Part shown: positions 63,300 to 64,000 of the stretch, in pieces
Numbering within the stretch: position 1 is the stretch's first letter
Layout of the letters: each line of letters opens with the position of its first letter
Assembly: GCA_951406725.2 (NCBI GenBank)
Contig: OX597814.1
Coordinates: 5,890,001-5,954,000, forward strand
Length of the DNA stretch: 64,000 nucleotides
Source of the DNA: Octopus vulgaris
Lineage: Eukaryota
Direction: 5' to 3'
Notes under the pieces: generated by a model
Seen by the model: only the letters and a program-made list of their open reading frames with translations
The model's database searches: none
Told to the model about the DNA's origin: nothing
Program-made: the position numbers and the translations under genes

Positions 63300-63640
63300 C
63301 CAGAGGTGTGAACACAACCAGCACTCAAGTTTGGAGATATATCAGATTGACTGGAACTACTTTTAAGTGGCGCCTGTACAACCACAGATACTCTTTTAGG
63401 GTTCTGGAAAAATGTTATGTCACATCCTTGGCCATCCACATGTGGCACTTTAAGTATGAAGGAACTCCATACGAAATTAAACAGAAGATCATAGAGAAGC
63501 CAAGGTCCTATATAAGTGGGAGTGGAGGATGCAAGCTCTGCATAGCAGAGCAGGCAAGCCTCGCTTAGCCCTTAAAGCCTCACTGAGCCCAGACACTCTC
63601 TTAAACTCAAGACTTAAGTTCTATAGTTTAAGAGAGTGTT
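63300..63640 (+). mobile_element. Penelope-like element remnant, GIY-YIG endonuclease C-terminal part
   Basis: YIRLTGTTFKWRLYNHRYSF...TSLAIHMW...KII...Y..GSGGCKLCIAEQ matches the PLE EN pattern YIGxT..FKxRxxNH...CxLCxxEK. Confidence 0.8.
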
Positions 63641-64000
63641 TGGTGATATGAGGTTCTTGAGAAGACCTGCCTACCACATGACACTAAGTTCTGGAAATGC
63701 TTTGTAATTGACAAACGGGGAATCCCACACCTGCAACAGGTAGCATTTGAAATAGGGGATTCTCTGTTTGTCAATTAGAGCTGGAAAAAGTTCTTGCAGA
63801 CTGGAGACAGCTTAAGGGCAGAGATGTCCTGTTTGCCCTTTAGGTTCATAAGATTCGCCAACAAGACTAATTTAAGGGAGATAACTCATCCTGTTTAAAG
63901 CTCAGTGTACATTTATTCTTTGTTTACAAATTAATTGACTGTAATGGTTTTCTACCTCCAGTTTGAAGAGAGGTTATATACCCATGGCCATTGGAATCAG

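Overview
This is AT-rich eukaryotic DNA dense in repeats and microsatellites. The SINE/LINE/microsatellite landscape suggests an octopus-type cephalopod (inference, not verified). Two spliced genes lie on the + strand. The first is the 3' part of a TXNDC16/ERp90-like PDI-family gene: 12 well-supported exons from 1415 to 39977, one GC-AG intron, a probable unlocated exon, and a C-terminal RQEL. The second is the 5' part of a secreted astacin (M12A) metalloprotease: 7 exons from 47851 to 62608, with a signal peptide, two microexons, the FQGDI Asp-switch and the zinc motif HEMLHTLGFYHEQSRPDR. It continues beyond the window. The rest consists of tRNA-derived SINEs, decayed RTE, CR1 and R4/Dong LINEs, non-autonomous Helitrons, TTAA MITEs, Penelope-like remnants and microsatellites. 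The most unusual signal is a set of six minimal type I hammerhead-ribozyme-like motifs in which the 3-8 core pair occurs as C-G, G-C and U-A. One apparently intact G3-C8 copy sits in a small foldback element with a 14-bp TSD. Almost all long ORFs in the supplied track are microsatellite artefacts. Homology calls come from recalled family motifs, not database searches, and repeat boundaries are approximate.
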